Source: Octopus bimaculoides (taxonomy: Eukaryota). From it: a DNA stretch of 34,521 nt. This document shows, piece after piece, positions 1-12,143 of the stretch. How positions within the stretch are numbered: position 1 is the first letter of the stretch; each line of letters opens with the position of its first letter. Location of the stretch: NCBI RefSeq assembly GCF_001194135.2, contig NC_068995.1, positions 13,928,490 to 13,963,010 of the forward strand. Direction: 5' to 3'. Made by a program: the position numbers and the translations under genes. The notes under the pieces are model-generated. The model had not been told where the DNA came from. It searched no databases and was given only the letters and a program-made list of their open reading frames with translations.

Positions 1-1096
1 GTGACTTTAATGACTATACCAGTTTGCTGCTTTGTTAAAAAAACAAACAAAAACAACACATCAAAGAATTAACTAACTACTATGTTCTTTGTTCTTTATG
101 TTGTATTATTTATTCAAAAATAACTGTCCTTCTCCATTTCTCTTGAACTCATTTTATTGTTAGTGTTTCTATGGTGTATTTCACAATGTAGGAATTAACA
201 AAAAAAAAAAAAAAATTATTAAAGCTCATTTTAGAGTACAGACAATAAAAAGCTGACATAATAATAATAATAATAATAATAATAATTTTTGTTAATGCAT
301 ATTTTGAACAGATTTTATAAAGAGAAAGATTTTGAAGGATTTATTTCCTGAAATGTCACTAAACTATTTTAAGATATATATCTAATTCAGATATCCAAAT
401 GGCTTACAAAATGTATTTCAGTGAAGCTGTTTGTGGTTATCAAATCTTACTTAGCCAATAACTTCAGCTCATTTTTTAAATATTTATTTATTATTTTGAC
501 ATGAATTTTATCTATCTTGGGAAGAGTTGGTAGGATATGTAAATATTGACCTAAGAGGTGTTGATTGTTGAGTCCCAGGTTAGCTCTGATCTATGATCAA
601 AAGCGTTCCATCAATGACCTTCACTCCTTATCTCAAGCGTTGCTTACCTAAAATTACAGTACCTTGTATCCCTTTTCTTTTTTGAGGCATCAGGGTGTTA
701 TTTGAGGAATAGTTGGCTGCTATTTCTAGCAGGTCAGTTAACCACATAGAGGCTTTCTTGCTGAGACATGTTTACAGCTGGTGTTTTTATTTAACCAGCC
801 ATCCTGGCACCATTTACATGGTCCTAGAAAGAAGTTGGTATACTTAATCTCTAAGTTATCTTGGTGAAAACAGATAAACCTGTTTTTGTACAGTGACAAA
901 CTGTCTGGAAATGATTTTGAAATTAGAACTTTCTCTGACATAAAATTCATATTAGTTATTCAATTAGTGCTGTATTTTAACTAAGACAAGAAAAATGATT
1001 AACATGTCTAAGGGTCATCTTTTAAAACTTGATAAAGTCTTTTATTTATTTATTTTATAATTTTAAACCAGTTTAAGTGTTTACATTCTCTTCTAA

Positions 1097-1314
1097 CAGA
1101 GAATGGGTGACAGACAAGGTTTTGAGTGAATTGAAGAAAAATGTGTTGCAGTTTTCTTCTAGCTCTCTATGAACCGAGTTCAAATCCTGTCGAAGTCAAC
1201 TTTGCCTTTCATCCTTTCAGAGTTGATAAAATATGTACCATTTAAGCACTGGGGTTGATGTAATCAACTTGTCCTCTATCCCCAAATTTTAGGCATTGTT
1301 CCTTTACTAGAAAG
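1097..1314 (+). mobile_element. SINE family B copy (degenerate)
   Basis: GAGTTCAAATCC B-box followed by ctttgcctttcatcctttc...ggggttgatgtaatc, shared with 12524-12740 and with the antisense copies at 27870-30535. Confidence 0.8.
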
Positions 1315-1420
1315 TTGATTACATTGACCCCAGTACTCAACTGGTACTTATTCTATCAACCCCAAAAGAAACAGTTTTTCAGAACCTGTTTTCATAATTA
1401 AATTTTTTTTTATTTTATAG

Positions 1421-1523
1421 ATATTCCAATACTATTTTGAATAATCCTTCAATCACGGCCCCTTCGGCTCCTGGTATTACTATAGAGTCTCAAGAATTTT
1501 ACCAACTGGCTCAATATCTTCAG
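1421..1523 (+). CDS. SLMAP: SLMAP exon 1 (in window): (x)YSNTILNNPSITAPSAPGITIESQEFYQLAQYLQ
   Basis: Acceptor ttttatag|1421, donor CAG|gttatt. Starts after a phase-2 intron and ends in phase 0. The SQEFYQLAQYLQ motif is conserved. Confidence 0.9.
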
Positions 1524-1808
1524 GTTATTGGAAATTTTTGTATTTCTGTTTTTGTTTTGTTTTTTTGTAAAGCAATGTTTTTTTCTTTTATTTTGCTTTT
1601 TCCAAATTATGTTTATCTCTTGCTCTGACTCCATCATGATTTTTCTTTCTCCTCTCCTATCCTGACTTCTGCTGGCACCCTTTCAATCCTCTCCCAACCT
1701 TCACCCTTTCATCACTCTCTCAGCTTTCATCCTTTTCTAACCCCTGGCCCCTTCCTTGGTCTGGTGAAGTTAACAGGTCCTATAATAATCTTTATAATAT
1801 ATTTACAG

Positions 1809-1844
1809 GAAGCCCTCCTTAGGGAGCAGATGCTGGAACGGAAG
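1809..1844 (+). CDS. SLMAP: SLMAP exon 2, partial (EALLREQMLERK...), runs into the N-gap
   Basis: Acceptor tttacag|GAA. Matches SLMAP EALHREQMLEQK. The 3' part and donor lie in gap 1845-2534. Confidence 0.92.
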
Positions 1845-2534
1845 NNNNNNNNNNNNNNNNNNNNNNNNNNNNNNNNNNNNNNNNNNNNNNNNNNNNNNNN
1901 NNNNNNNNNNNNNNNNNNNNNNNNNNNNNNNNNNNNNNNNNNNNNNNNNNNNNNNNNNNNNNNNNNNNNNNNNNNNNNNNNNNNNNNNNNNNNNNNNNNN
2001 NNNNNNNNNNNNNNNNNNNNNNNNNNNNNNNNNNNNNNNNNNNNNNNNNNNNNNNNNNNNNNNNNNNNNNNNNNNNNNNNNNNNNNNNNNNNNNNNNNNN
2101 NNNNNNNNNNNNNNNNNNNNNNNNNNNNNNNNNNNNNNNNNNNNNNNNNNNNNNNNNNNNNNNNNNNNNNNNNNNNNNNNNNNNNNNNNNNNNNNNNNNN
2201 NNNNNNNNNNNNNNNNNNNNNNNNNNNNNNNNNNNNNNNNNNNNNNNNNNNNNNNNNNNNNNNNNNNNNNNNNNNNNNNNNNNNNNNNNNNNNNNNNNNN
2301 NNNNNNNNNNNNNNNNNNNNNNNNNNNNNNNNNNNNNNNNNNNNNNNNNNNNNNNNNNNNNNNNNNNNNNNNNNNNNNNNNNNNNNNNNNNNNNNNNNNN
2401 NNNNNNNNNNNNNNNNNNNNNNNNNNNNNNNNNNNNNNNNNNNNNNNNNNNNNNNNNNNNNNNNNNNNNNNNNNNNNNNNNNNNNNNNNNNNNNNNNNNN
2501 NNNNNNNNNNNNNNNNNNNNNNNNNNNNNNNNNN
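1845..2534. other. Assembly gap hiding the end of SLMAP exon 2
   Basis: Run of N. Confidence 1.
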
Positions 2535-2782
2535 ATATATATATATATATATAAACAAGTTGACCAAAGCCATGGGAATGAAATTAGGTAGATAAAAATT
2601 GTGTGCCAGTCTGATGAAGAAACTGTAGTCAGCCCATGGATTCTGTTAAGGGTATATATGTTTTTGATATACTCAGCCACTTGCACTATAGTTGAGTAGA
2701 GTTTGTTTGATCAAATACATGGAATAGGTATTGCTAAAATGAGTACAGGATGCATTTACTTAATATTTTTACATGATATATT

Positions 2783-2985
2783 CATCATCATCATCAAGAC
2801 TGTTTGATGTCCATTTTTCTGTGCTGGCATGGGTTGGATGGTTCAACAGGAACCAACAAGCTAGAGGGCTATGTTGAGCTCCACCATCTGCTTTGGCATG
2901 GGTTCTACAGCTGAATGCTCTTCCTAATGCCAACCACTTGACCATGTATACAGGGTGGTTTTTTTTTTTTTAATATGGCACCAAG
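2783..2985 (-). mobile_element. Older tail-type-3 copy (other diverged copies approx. 4173-4495, 11111-11300, 11405-11610, 12910-13110)
   Basis: (CAT)n + ggcatgggttgga + tctacagctg.atgc.cttcctaatgccaacca. Confidence 0.75.
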
Positions 2986-3498
2986 ACATGACTCTTTAAC
3001 TGAATGAGGTATAGTATTGAAGGAAGTGAAAGTATGAGGAACAAAAATGGGTATCTTGTTGAAGAGGTGACTACATGGCTTCCCAAGGTAGAGAGAGAGG
3101 TACAAGGGGAATATGGGAAAGAACAGAAAAGGTGGGTAGGTAGGTTAGTGTGCTAGAGTGTGAAAAGTGTATATCTGTGTGTTTATGTATGTATGCATGC
3201 AGGGTTGGTCAGAAGTCACCTGACAGTAAATCAAAACCAATTTAATTCCAAGATTTATTTATGTTTAACAACTGAATGAGACTAATTAAACAGACAAATG
3301 TTGAAAAAAAAAAAAAAAAGAGGTGATTTTTAACTCACAGCACTCAACTATTAAACATTCATAATTGGAATAAATAAATAAAATTGAATGTTAAGTATTT
3401 ATGGAATTTTGATTTACTGTCAGGTGACTTTTGGCCAACTCTGTATATATATCATTTTTTTTCTTTTTGTTTCTAATATGTATATTTTATTATTTCAG

Positions 3499-3570
3499 GC
3501 TCTAATTGATGAAGATCGATTATTATCGCGATTAGAGGTTTTGGAAAGTCAGTTAGTTATTTATTCAAAG
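3499..3570 (+). CDS. SLMAP: SLMAP exon 3: ALIDEDRLLSRLEVLESQLVIYSK
   Basis: tttcag|GCT...AAG|gtaagt; 72 nt, phase 0-0. First 14 residues match recalled vertebrate SLMAP. Confidence 0.96.
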
Positions 3571-3968
3571 GTAAGTTCTTTTCCCCTATGTTATTATTTA
3601 TTATGCCCCTTTTAAGCCTTTCATGTTAACATATTTCCAGTGAAATACATTGCTAATAACTTTCAGTTAAATTTGAAAATAATCAAGAATTTAGAGGGAT
3701 TTAGTAAAAATAACTAACTTCATCATTAAACCAGTTTGGGGATCATAGCAAAGAGTTCTTGCATAAAAATGTTATTTAAGTGTTCTTAAACGATATTTTG
3801 GAAGGGTTTAATTTAGATACAGACCCTCTTAAACCTGTGAGATGGTCTGCATTGAATAAAAGTTTCCACGAATGGTCTCTGGCAGATTGGCATGAAAAGG
3901 GGCTTTAATGTTTATTATGTATCGTTTTGAGTAATATTTTATTTATACTAAATAATATTTCTTTGCAG

Positions 3969-4046
3969 AACCATGGTGAAGACACCTTACGTCAAGAACT
4001 AGTTGCTTTACAAGATGATAAACATCATTATGAGATCACAGCAAAG
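3969..4046 (+). CDS. SLMAP: SLMAP exon 4: NHGEDTLRQELVALQDDKHHYEITAK
   Basis: ttgcag|AAC...AAG|gtttga; 78 nt, phase 0-0. Confidence 0.95.
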
Positions 4047-5515
4047 GTTTGATCTTTTACATTCTCTTCTTCCACTTCTACCTTTCTTTTTTTCCCCTTA
4101 TATAGTTGTGATTGTTCGATTCCCAGTCTGCTTTGGTTGAACAGATTTCTGACCAGCTGTTCCTATTTAGGAATCATCATCATCATCAACATCCTCTTCT
4201 TTAAATGTCCTTCTTCCATACTGGCATGAGCTGGACAGTTTGACTAGATGGTTTGGATGGCAAGCCAGAGAACAGCTCCAGGTTCCTGTTTGATTTGGTT
4301 TGGTTTCTACGGTTGGATGCCAACTGCTTTTACAGTGTGTGCTGGGTGCATTTGGCACCAGCACAAGTGCTTTTGATGTGGCACCAGCATGGGGCTCTTG
4401 TAGACCAATCCTCTTTACCAGGGGATGCAGTCTTAACACTTCTGCAGTGGTGGATGGGGTCTTCTTGAGTACAGCAATGTGCCAAGTATCTCACTCCTAA
4501 ATATATTAATTAATGTGTCCTACATTTTTTTAGATGTTAGTGTGTGATTTAAGTAGGATTTTTTGGCTGCACTTTTTCTGCAGCTCTTGTGGCCACCATA
4601 GAGCTACCCTTTTCAACCACTGTGCTGTGGGTGACATTTGATCCATAGGCGTGCCGTGACTTTTTAAAGCAAAGTCAAAAAATGCCAGGACATTTAGTAA
4701 ACTTTTCGATGCACTACACCAGTGCATGTGTATTCCTTTGCAGCAAAGTGTGCACCCATCTATTTTAAATGTTTTATTGCTTATATTTTACATAATAACA
4801 TTTTTTAAAAACAGACTGTGTATTATCAACATTTCTAGTGCTTTATTCAATATGCTGTTGAGCATAAAAAGTTGCAAATTGCTGACCTAGACTCTCTCTA
4901 ATTACTCCATTACATATCTCATCAGTCTGGTTAATGGAGCCAACTTGTTGTAGAAGCCCCAAGATTTGCTTTGAATAAGACAAAAGATGAATTGGCAAAG
5001 AGTGCACTGTTGTCCAAGTAGAGTTTAATCTCCATCGCAGCGAAGAGTGCAGATTATCTTCGCCGAGTTCAGCTCCCTCATACTGTTAGATTTTGAAGCC
5101 AACTTCCTATTGGATATATTTGCACGATTACTAAGATCTCAGTGGTTCCCCTTATTCTTCTACCAGGCAATTGAATTCACCGTCAGACCGTCAATGTTTT
5201 CTGCCACATCCTATGTGCAACACCTCAGTTACTTGCAGTACTATAACTTGACTATAATCCATTACACACTTTCACATATATTTCATTATAATTGTACAAT
5301 AATTATAAATGAGAGCAACAGCTTGCAACAATTCTAATTAGTCTAATACTTAATTTCTGAGACAATTGTAGTATTTTATTCCATAGTTTAAATATTTTTA
5401 AATGTTTGTCATTTAATATTATGACCACAATGTAGTCATCGTTATATAAATGAAGTTATTAAACTATGACAGTTCAGTACGTTTCAATGCCCTTTTCTTC
5501 CTTTTTTTCATCTAG

Positions 5516-5578
5516 GAGTCTTTACGGCGAGTTTTACAAGAAAAGCTAGAGGCAGTTAGAAAAATAACTGATCTTGAG
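5516..5578 (+). CDS. SLMAP: SLMAP exon 5: ESLRRVLQEKLEAVRKITDLE
   Basis: tctag|GAG...GAG|gtatgt; 63 nt, phase 0-0. Confidence 0.95.
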
Positions 5579-5650
5579 GTATGTAATGCTTGCTGATACT
5601 TCAGTTTAGAATTTTGTTTAATTAAAATATTAGTCATACTGATATACCTT

Positions 5651-5730
5651 TATAGATGTGTTCCAACAAAACAGTACTCCTGTATGAAACTATAGATGTT
5701 TTCCTATAAAACGGTACTCCTGTGAAAATG
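5651..5730. repeat. 40-bp tandem duplication
   Basis: tatagatgt.ttcc...aaaac.gtactcctgt at 5651 and 5691. Confidence 0.8.
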
Positions 5731-5983
5731 ATGTAACGGCCTGAGATGTGGTATTGTTGATATGATTATAAGTTCTGAAACTATGAACCTTATCATTAAA
5801 GATAGAAAATAAAAGAATATTTACATCTTTGCTATGATTTTAATAAGTTTAATTTCTGATTTGTTTGATTACTGATCATTTGCAGGCATCTTATTCCAAG
5901 ATGTGTATGTAATGCTTTATAACAATCAGATGTTGAATTTCACTGTATGAATGGATGTAAATATTAAAAAATATATTTCATCT

Positions 5984-6222
5984 TTAACCCTTTGGCATTT
6001 ACACTGGCCATATCTGACCAAAGTATTCTACTTGTTCTGTGTTCAAACTGACCAGATCTTGCATATCACACCTACCCTAGCATGTCATTTTGAACATAAA
6101 CAACCACATCACTGAAGTTTCATGGTTACAAGACAATGCAAAGGTAATGCAGAATAAATTCAAAACAATGTGAATAAGTAAGCATTAGGTTTGCCAGAGA
6201 AATCTGAATGCTAAAGTGTTAA
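5984..6222. mobile_element. piggyBac-like MITE copy 1
   Basis: TTAA|CCCTTTGGCATT ... AATGCTAAAGTG|TTAA: TTAA target duplication and short TIRs. Confidence 0.8.
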
Positions 6223-6836
6223 ACATGTTATTTTGAACGATTGTTGTAAAGTTAATCTGAAAACATACCAGTGGGGACATTACTTATGAGTCAAGAAATG
6301 ATACAACATACAATGCAACAAGCTTTTCTCTGCAGGATACATGCGCACATGTATGTATGTGTGAGAGGGACAACATGAAATTAGTATTGTGTTGGGACTT
6401 TGCGATTACACAAGTTTTATCCAATAAATTCTGAAAGGCTTTTTGGTGTTGTGGTATTGTCAAAGGTGGTTTTGCATGTGGTACCTTACTGACAAGGAAA
6501 CCTTGAATGTTTAGTGACAGTTTGGTTATCATGTAACTCTGTGGAGACACACTAGTTTTGTTTCAGTTAATTTTGAAAATGCTAAAGAATTTTGTAAAAT
6601 ACCATTGTTCCTATTAAACTGGTGTTTGGAAGATAAATTAGCGTGAAAAATTTTGATGTAAGATCACTTTAAAATAGCAAGTGTGTATCCTTGAAAGATT
6701 AAAAGCAATATTTCACATTTCTACTCAGGTTTTTTATTTTGAACTGGACAGAATCAATACTTAGAACAATTTCTTGATATACTAGAAAGGGCTATTGGAT
6801 TTTGAAACATTAAAGGTTTTTTTTTTCTAAATGATA

Positions 6837-7340
6837 GGCACAGGAGTGGCTGTGTGGTAAGTAGCTTGCTTACCAGCCACATGGTTCTGAGTTCAGTCCC
6901 GCTGTGTGGCACCTTGGGCAAGTGCCCTCTACTATAGCTTTGGGCTAACCAAAGCCTTGTGAGTGGATTTGGTAGACGGAAACTGAAAGAAGCCCATCGT
7001 GTATATATGTGTGTGTGTGTATATATATATAATGTGTGTGTGTGTGTGTGTCTGTGTTTGTCCCCCCAACATCGCTTGACAACCGATGCTGGNNNNNNNN
7101 NNNNNNNNNNNNNNNNNNNNNNNNNNNNNNNNNNNNNNNNNNNNNNNNNNNNNNNNNNNNNNNNNNNNNNNNNNNNNNNNNNNNNNNNNNTAGCGGTTCG
7201 GCAAAAGAGACTGATAGAATAAGTACTAGGCTTACAAAGAATAAGTCCTGGGGTCGATTTACTCGACTAAAGGCAGTGTTCCAGCATGGCCACAGTCAAA
7301 TGACTGAAACAAGTAAAAGACTAAAAGACTAAAGACTAAA
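6837..7340 (+). mobile_element. tRNA-headed SINE family A, full length, tail type 1
   Basis: A-box TGGCTGTGTGG (6847-6857), B-box GTTCAGTCC (6891-6899), CORE-like GCACCTTGGGCAAGTG, internal (TA)/(TG)n, 3' tandem AAAGACT repeats. Confidence 0.88.
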
Positions 7341-7549
7341 ATATCAAATGCTCTAAAGACAAGATATTTTTGAAAGCAGAGAAAAATTGTGAAGTTTATC
7401 TTACTTTAATTGAAATTTGAATTTTAATGTGTAGGAGTTTTAAAAGAATTCTTTTTTTTTTTTCTTCTTGTTTTTACAGATCAGTTCTTGATAAACTTTT
7501 ATTTTATGAGTTTTAACAATTTTTTTTTTGTTTTTATTGTGTATTGTAG

Positions 7550-7687
7550 CAATCTCTAGGTAATGCTGAAAACAACTGCTGTTATTTGAAAGAAATAACT
7601 GAAAGAACTCAAAATGACCTCAAACAACTTGCAGCAGACCATCAAGAGCAGCGCAAAGAAGTGGAACAGCTTGAGAAAAAACTGGAA
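7550..7687 (+). CDS. SLMAP: SLMAP exon 6: QSLGNAENNCCYLKEITERTQNDLKQLAADHQEQRKEVEQLEKKLE
   Basis: ttgtag|CAA...GAA|gtaagc; 138 nt, phase 0-0. Aligns to RSLSNTEDECTHLKEMNERTQEELRELA. Confidence 0.93.
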
Positions 7688-8536
7688 GTAAGCCATCAAA
7701 ATATATCTATAATAATAAAAGTAAAATTCTGTCTGTCTGGGTCCCCTGTATCTCGGTCTACATTTGTTCTATGTAGACATATTATATCTTTTTGGAATCA
7801 GAATGACCCCAGGATTGAAAATCTGCCCTTCGTTTGGCTCTTGACCATCCAGCATTTGGGATCTGATTTAAGAGCATTTGGGTTGTTATTTCTAGCAGGT
7901 AAAGCTTGGCTGATTCATGCCGTCTTGGATGGCATTTCTCAGATGATGTCAGAGATCAAGAGAAGGATAAATGACATTTGCTTCATTAATTTTACATCAA
8001 GATAAGAACTTTGAGACAAATTGGTCAACAGTTGGAATTCTACTTGAGACTGAAACAATAGAATGATAGCATTACAGAATTAATTCTCATCCATCCTTAA
8101 CTTCTGATCAAACACCACTGAGGCATACTCAATAATTTGGTGTGCTAACGTGTGTAGAAAGTGTGTTTACCTAGAGACACAATACAATGTCTGCTTTGGA
8201 TTTGATCTCATTACCTGTAAACTAGTAGCCTTATACCTTATCCACTCTGCTATTTTACTTCTCATAACCTCTTCTTTCTGATCATTCTCATTATCTTAGC
8301 TATCCCTTTCTTTTTATAGCTCATACTGCTCAAATTCTTCTATTCTGTTTCTCATAAATGAATGATGTGATTCCTCAAGCTATACGAAAAGCACACTCCA
8401 CTTTGAGAGTTGATACTCTCGTATCTAATCTAATCTGTATTCTGTTTTTGGTGGGGTGGGGGGGGGGNNNNNNNNNNCACACATTCTTTCCTCTATTTTT
8501 TTTTCACCCCACTCCAATTGTGTTTGATTGGTTAAA

Positions 8537-8583
<47 letters not shown>
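8537..8583. repeat. (AAT)n microsatellite
   Basis: Direct reading. Confidence 0.98.
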
Positions 8584-8587
<4 letters not shown>

Positions 8588-8596
8588 ATTATTGCA

Positions 8597-8850
8597 TACA
8601 ATGTTCAGGTGCACTTCAACTTATTAGAAAATGTTGCCAAATGTGTGTGAACTGTACTTAGAATAATGCACAGAAAGTGAACAGTGAATGAATTGTTAAA
8701 AATAAAACTTGTAAGTTGGGGGCATCAGGTGTCTTGTTGGCAAATTTTGGGAAGCATGGAAGTTTTGAAGGATGCAATGTCCTGACAGTACCATGCTTAA
8801 GCAATTCTGAACCTGAGAAAATATTTCCAAAAGTCATGGGTGCTGGGATT
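8597..8850. repeat. Unclassified repeat, second copy at approx. 30570-30890
   Basis: Both follow an (AAT)n tract, begin tacaatgttcaggtgcac, and share aaattttgggaag.atggaa and aaagtcatgggtg. Confidence 0.65.
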
Positions 8851-8988
8851 TTTTTTTTTTTTTTTCTTTTTGTCCACAGAAGTAAGATATTCAAAGTAGG
8901 TGCCTGGTGGTGGGTATTCATTTCTGAACAGTTTCCACACCCTCATTACATTAAGTCATCTATATCATTTAAAATGATTTCATTTCAG

Positions 8989-9099
8989 GAAGCGAAGAAA
9001 AAGCATCAAGAGGAATTGGAAAAGGTTGAGAATGAAAAGCAAGAGTTGATAGATAAATTAGAAGAAGTGACAAAACAAGAGAAAATACTTTGTGCTAAG
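8989..9099 (+). CDS. SLMAP: SLMAP exon 7: EAKKKHQEELEKVENEKQELIDKLEEVTKQEKILCAK
   Basis: tttcag|GAA...AAG|gtactt; 111 nt, phase 0-0. Coiled-coil composition. Confidence 0.92.
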
Positions 9100-9609
9100 G
9101 TACTTATTTGTTGTCTTTGTATTTTGATGAAAACAATAAACTGAGCAGTTATAGAATATGTAATAAAGCAATGTTTTTAGTTAACACGTTAATCACCACG
9201 GCCTGTTACTGGAACTTACTGGTGATGTCAAGGATTTCCGGACATTGCATACCTTTTAATTACAAAGAAGCGTGTCTTCCCCACTCCATTTTTACAATGT
9301 TTCATAATTAAACTTTGATATTAACACTCCTGTTATTTAAATATCCTCAAAATCATATCAAAGATACAGATAAAATATTTTCTCAAATTATGAAAATGTA
9401 CAACCACTGATGTATATGGTAGTTTATGTAAAGTTTGTGAGGAATCACTGGTTACATGTGGTTGTTAGCGTGTTAAGATGGTAAATTTCCTAATCAGTAT
9501 AATTTGTTTCATTTGAGTTTAGTGAATAATTAAAGAGATTAACTAATAAGCAGTAAAAGGCATATAATTTGGAATTTTCTAAAATCCTAAAGCAAAGAAC
9601 TGGTTTTGT

Positions 9610-9828
9610 AGAGCACATTTATCATATTGTAATGTGGATGTGAACAAACCTACTTGTCAAAGATAGCTTGAATATCTAAGATGCACCATAGATCATATTT
9701 ATTTTAAACTTCATTTTATAGAGCACATTTATCTTATTGTAATCTAGATGTGAATGAGCCTACTTGTTTGTCAAAGATAGCTTGAATATTAGTCTAAGAT
9801 TCAACATAGATCATATTTATTTTAAGCT
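9610..9828. repeat. Tandem duplication of ~110 bp (2 copies)
   Basis: agagcacatttatc...gtcaaagatagcttgaatat...catagatcatatttattttaa occurs at 9610 and 9720. Confidence 0.9.
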
Positions 9829-9929
9829 AACTGTAAGTATAGATATGAAGTACATATGAAAGCAGATCTAGTGGGAACAGCTGATAGTACACTTTATCTC
9901 ATCTTTCATATATTCCATCTATTTAAGTA

Positions 9930-10138
9930 GGCCCCATGAATGGCTGTGTGGTAAGAAGTTTGCTTCCCAAGTACATAGTTATGGGTTCAGTCTCACAGCA
10001 TGGCACTTTGGGCAAGTGTCTTCTATAATAGTCTTGGACCAACCAAAGCCTTGTGAGTGGATTTGCTAGATGGAAATTGAAGAAGCCTGTCATGTATACA
10101 TATGTATGTGTGTGTGTTTGTCCCCCAGCTGGGACAAG

Positions 10139-10170
<32 letters not shown>

Positions 10171-10343
10171 CACACACACAGGTGTTTATGTCACCATGAC
10201 TTATTGGTTCAGCAAAAGAGACTGATAAACTAAGTACCAAGCTTTAAAAAAAAAAAGCACTGGGGTTGATTTGTTCCACTAAAATTCTCCTGGGCAGTGC
10301 TCCAGCATGGCCACAGTCAAGTGCTTGAAACAAGTAAAAGATA
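9930..10343 (+). mobile_element. SINE family A, tail type 1, with internal fold-back
   Basis: Colinear with 6837-7340 (head, core, microsatellite, ccagcatggccacagtcaa tail). Confidence 0.88.
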
Positions 10344-10562
10344 CGATACATACACAGTCGGTTTAATAACTATTGATTATGTATGAAATGCAATAGTTGT
10401 AATGTTATCTTTTGATCAATGACTATATGTTAATTTATGAGGTTCATTTAAATTTCCACAGTTACAAAGTTAGTGATAGGATTCATTTGAAGCTGTTTGC
10501 AATATTGATAAAATAACGAAGAAGCCCTCTGGCTAATGCACATGTATTTTATTTGTTGATAG

Positions 10563-10620
10563 GTTGAATCATTACAAGCTGACAATGATATTACCAATGA
10601 GCAATTAGCTGTTATGAAAA
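10563..10620 (+). CDS. SLMAP: SLMAP exon 8: VESLQADNDITNEQLAVMK(+1 nt)
   Basis: gatag|GTT...AAAA|gtgagt; 58 nt, phase 0-1. Matches IEALQADNDFTNERL. Confidence 0.94.
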
Positions 10621-10676
10621 GTGAGTACATAAGGAATTACTCTCCTATTTTTACCTCCCCATTCCTATTTTATTTT

Positions 10677-10886
10677 TTAACCCTTTAGCATTTAACCTTG
10701 TCATATCCGGTTCAAATATTTTACCTCTTTTATGTTCAGAACAGCCGGATCTGGACTCTCATGCCTACCGTACAATGTATTTCTAAACATAAACAACCAC
10801 ATCATCGTAATCTCAAAGCTATGAGATAATGCATGATAAATTCAGATATTAAATTAGTCAGAGAAATCTGTATGCTAAAGGGTTAA
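10677..10886. mobile_element. piggyBac-like MITE copy 2
   Basis: TTAA|CCCTTTAGCAT ... ATGCTAAAGGG|TTAA; interior homologous to copy 1. Confidence 0.85.
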
Positions 10887-12089
10887 AGAAGAATTTTTTT
10901 TTTTATCAATTGTATTTAATAATGGTGAGTTCATAAAAAAAAAAAAAAAAAAGGATTGCAGACTAAATGCCTGTCAGTATATTCCTGTAGTTGATGACAT
11001 TTGAGATGCACTTTTTCTCTAGAAAAACAAAATGTTTCCCCCTCCCCCCATTCTCACCCTTCTCCTCGGGTTGTGTGTGTGAAATTGCTTTAAATAATGC
11101 ATGCTTTAAGCATCATCATCATTTAATGTCTGCTTTCCACTCTGGCATGGGTTAGACGGTTTGGCTGGAACTGGTAAGTTGGAGAGCTGCATCTGGCTCC
11201 AGTCTGATTTGGCATCGTTTCTATGGCTGGATGCCCTTCTTCATGCTGGGTGCTTTTTACATTTCCACTGGCATCGGTGCCATTTCCATGACATGGCATC
11301 AGCAATTTTCTGATCTATGTATTGCTGAAACTGGGATAAATCTCATGTGCCTGTGCATCTTTTATGCATCAAATATGGTAATAATGGTGAGTTGTTCATC
11401 TTCCTCATCATCATCATCATTTAACATCTATTTTCTATGCTGGCATAGGTTGGAAGGTTTGGTCAGAGCTGGCAAATCTGGAGGGCTGCACCAGATTCCA
11501 GTCATGTGTTTTGACTTGGTTTCTCCAGCTGGATGCCCTTTCCAATGTGGGCCACTTTACAGAGTTACTGGGTGCTTTTGACTTGGCACCAGTACAAGTG
11601 TTTTTTACATGGCACGAGCACATTATTGGATGCAAGTTTCATCAATGTTACCTGCCAATTATGCTACACCAAGTCACATTGTGAATCAGTTTCGAATTAG
11701 TTACTCCCTTCCTAGACAAGACAGAACCACATCTGACTTGTGTACTTCCTTTTATAGCTTGATTTCTACAGCTGGATGCCCTTCTTAACATGTACTACTT
11801 TACAAAGTATATTGAGCATCATTATATCATGGCACCAGCACTAGAAGGGTTGTCATATCCTCAACAAGTCTAAAGGATCCTCTTGACCCCAATGTTTTCC
11901 CAATCACTTTACTGGGTGCACTTTGTAGTATCAACACTAATGATATTTCTTTGTACCGTGTAAAACTATTAAAACAACGAAATATTCATCAAATACAGAA
12001 AATAAAAATGACAAATGTTACTGTTGAAAATTTTATTTTAATATAAAGTTATCATGAATACTGACTTTTGTTTTTTAAATAATTTTCAG

Positions 12090-12143
12090 CAAAATGGGAA
12101 AATATCAAAGAAGGTGATGTAGATAAAATAATTTCAAATGATG
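12090..12143 (+). CDS. SLMAP: SLMAP exon 9: (T)KWENIKEGDVDKIISND
   Basis: ttttcag|...ATG|gtaagt; 54 nt, phase 1-1, open in frame. Confidence 0.82.

Noticed and set aside
1727-2686. Long ORFs in the track (also 27158-28157, 6932-7332, 13390-13704)
   Set aside because: Their length comes from N-gaps translated as X. Only 1809-1844 is real coding sequence.
5020-5340. Higher-complexity stretch with a 96-aa ORF (5047-5337)
   Set aside because: No recognisable protein motif, no convincing splice sites in frame with SLMAP, and the minus frames I translated contain stops. Possibly an unrecognised repeat, left unannotated.
6837-6905. tRNA genes at SINE heads (also 20872-20945, 13720-13790)
   Set aside because: A/B boxes are present but I could not build a complete cloverleaf with an acceptor stem, and each continues into a repeated SINE body.
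7688-8005. Extension of the exon 6 ORF (and 8716-8988 upstream of exon 7) as retained-intron coding sequence
   Set aside because: Similarity to SLMAP stops exactly at the splice sites, and the extensions overlap repeat-derived sequence.
8358-8627. ORFs with poly-I, YI, CV, SL or RE runs (also 14160-14387, 29689-29874, 31916-32173, 34174-34362)
   Set aside because: These are translations of microsatellites.
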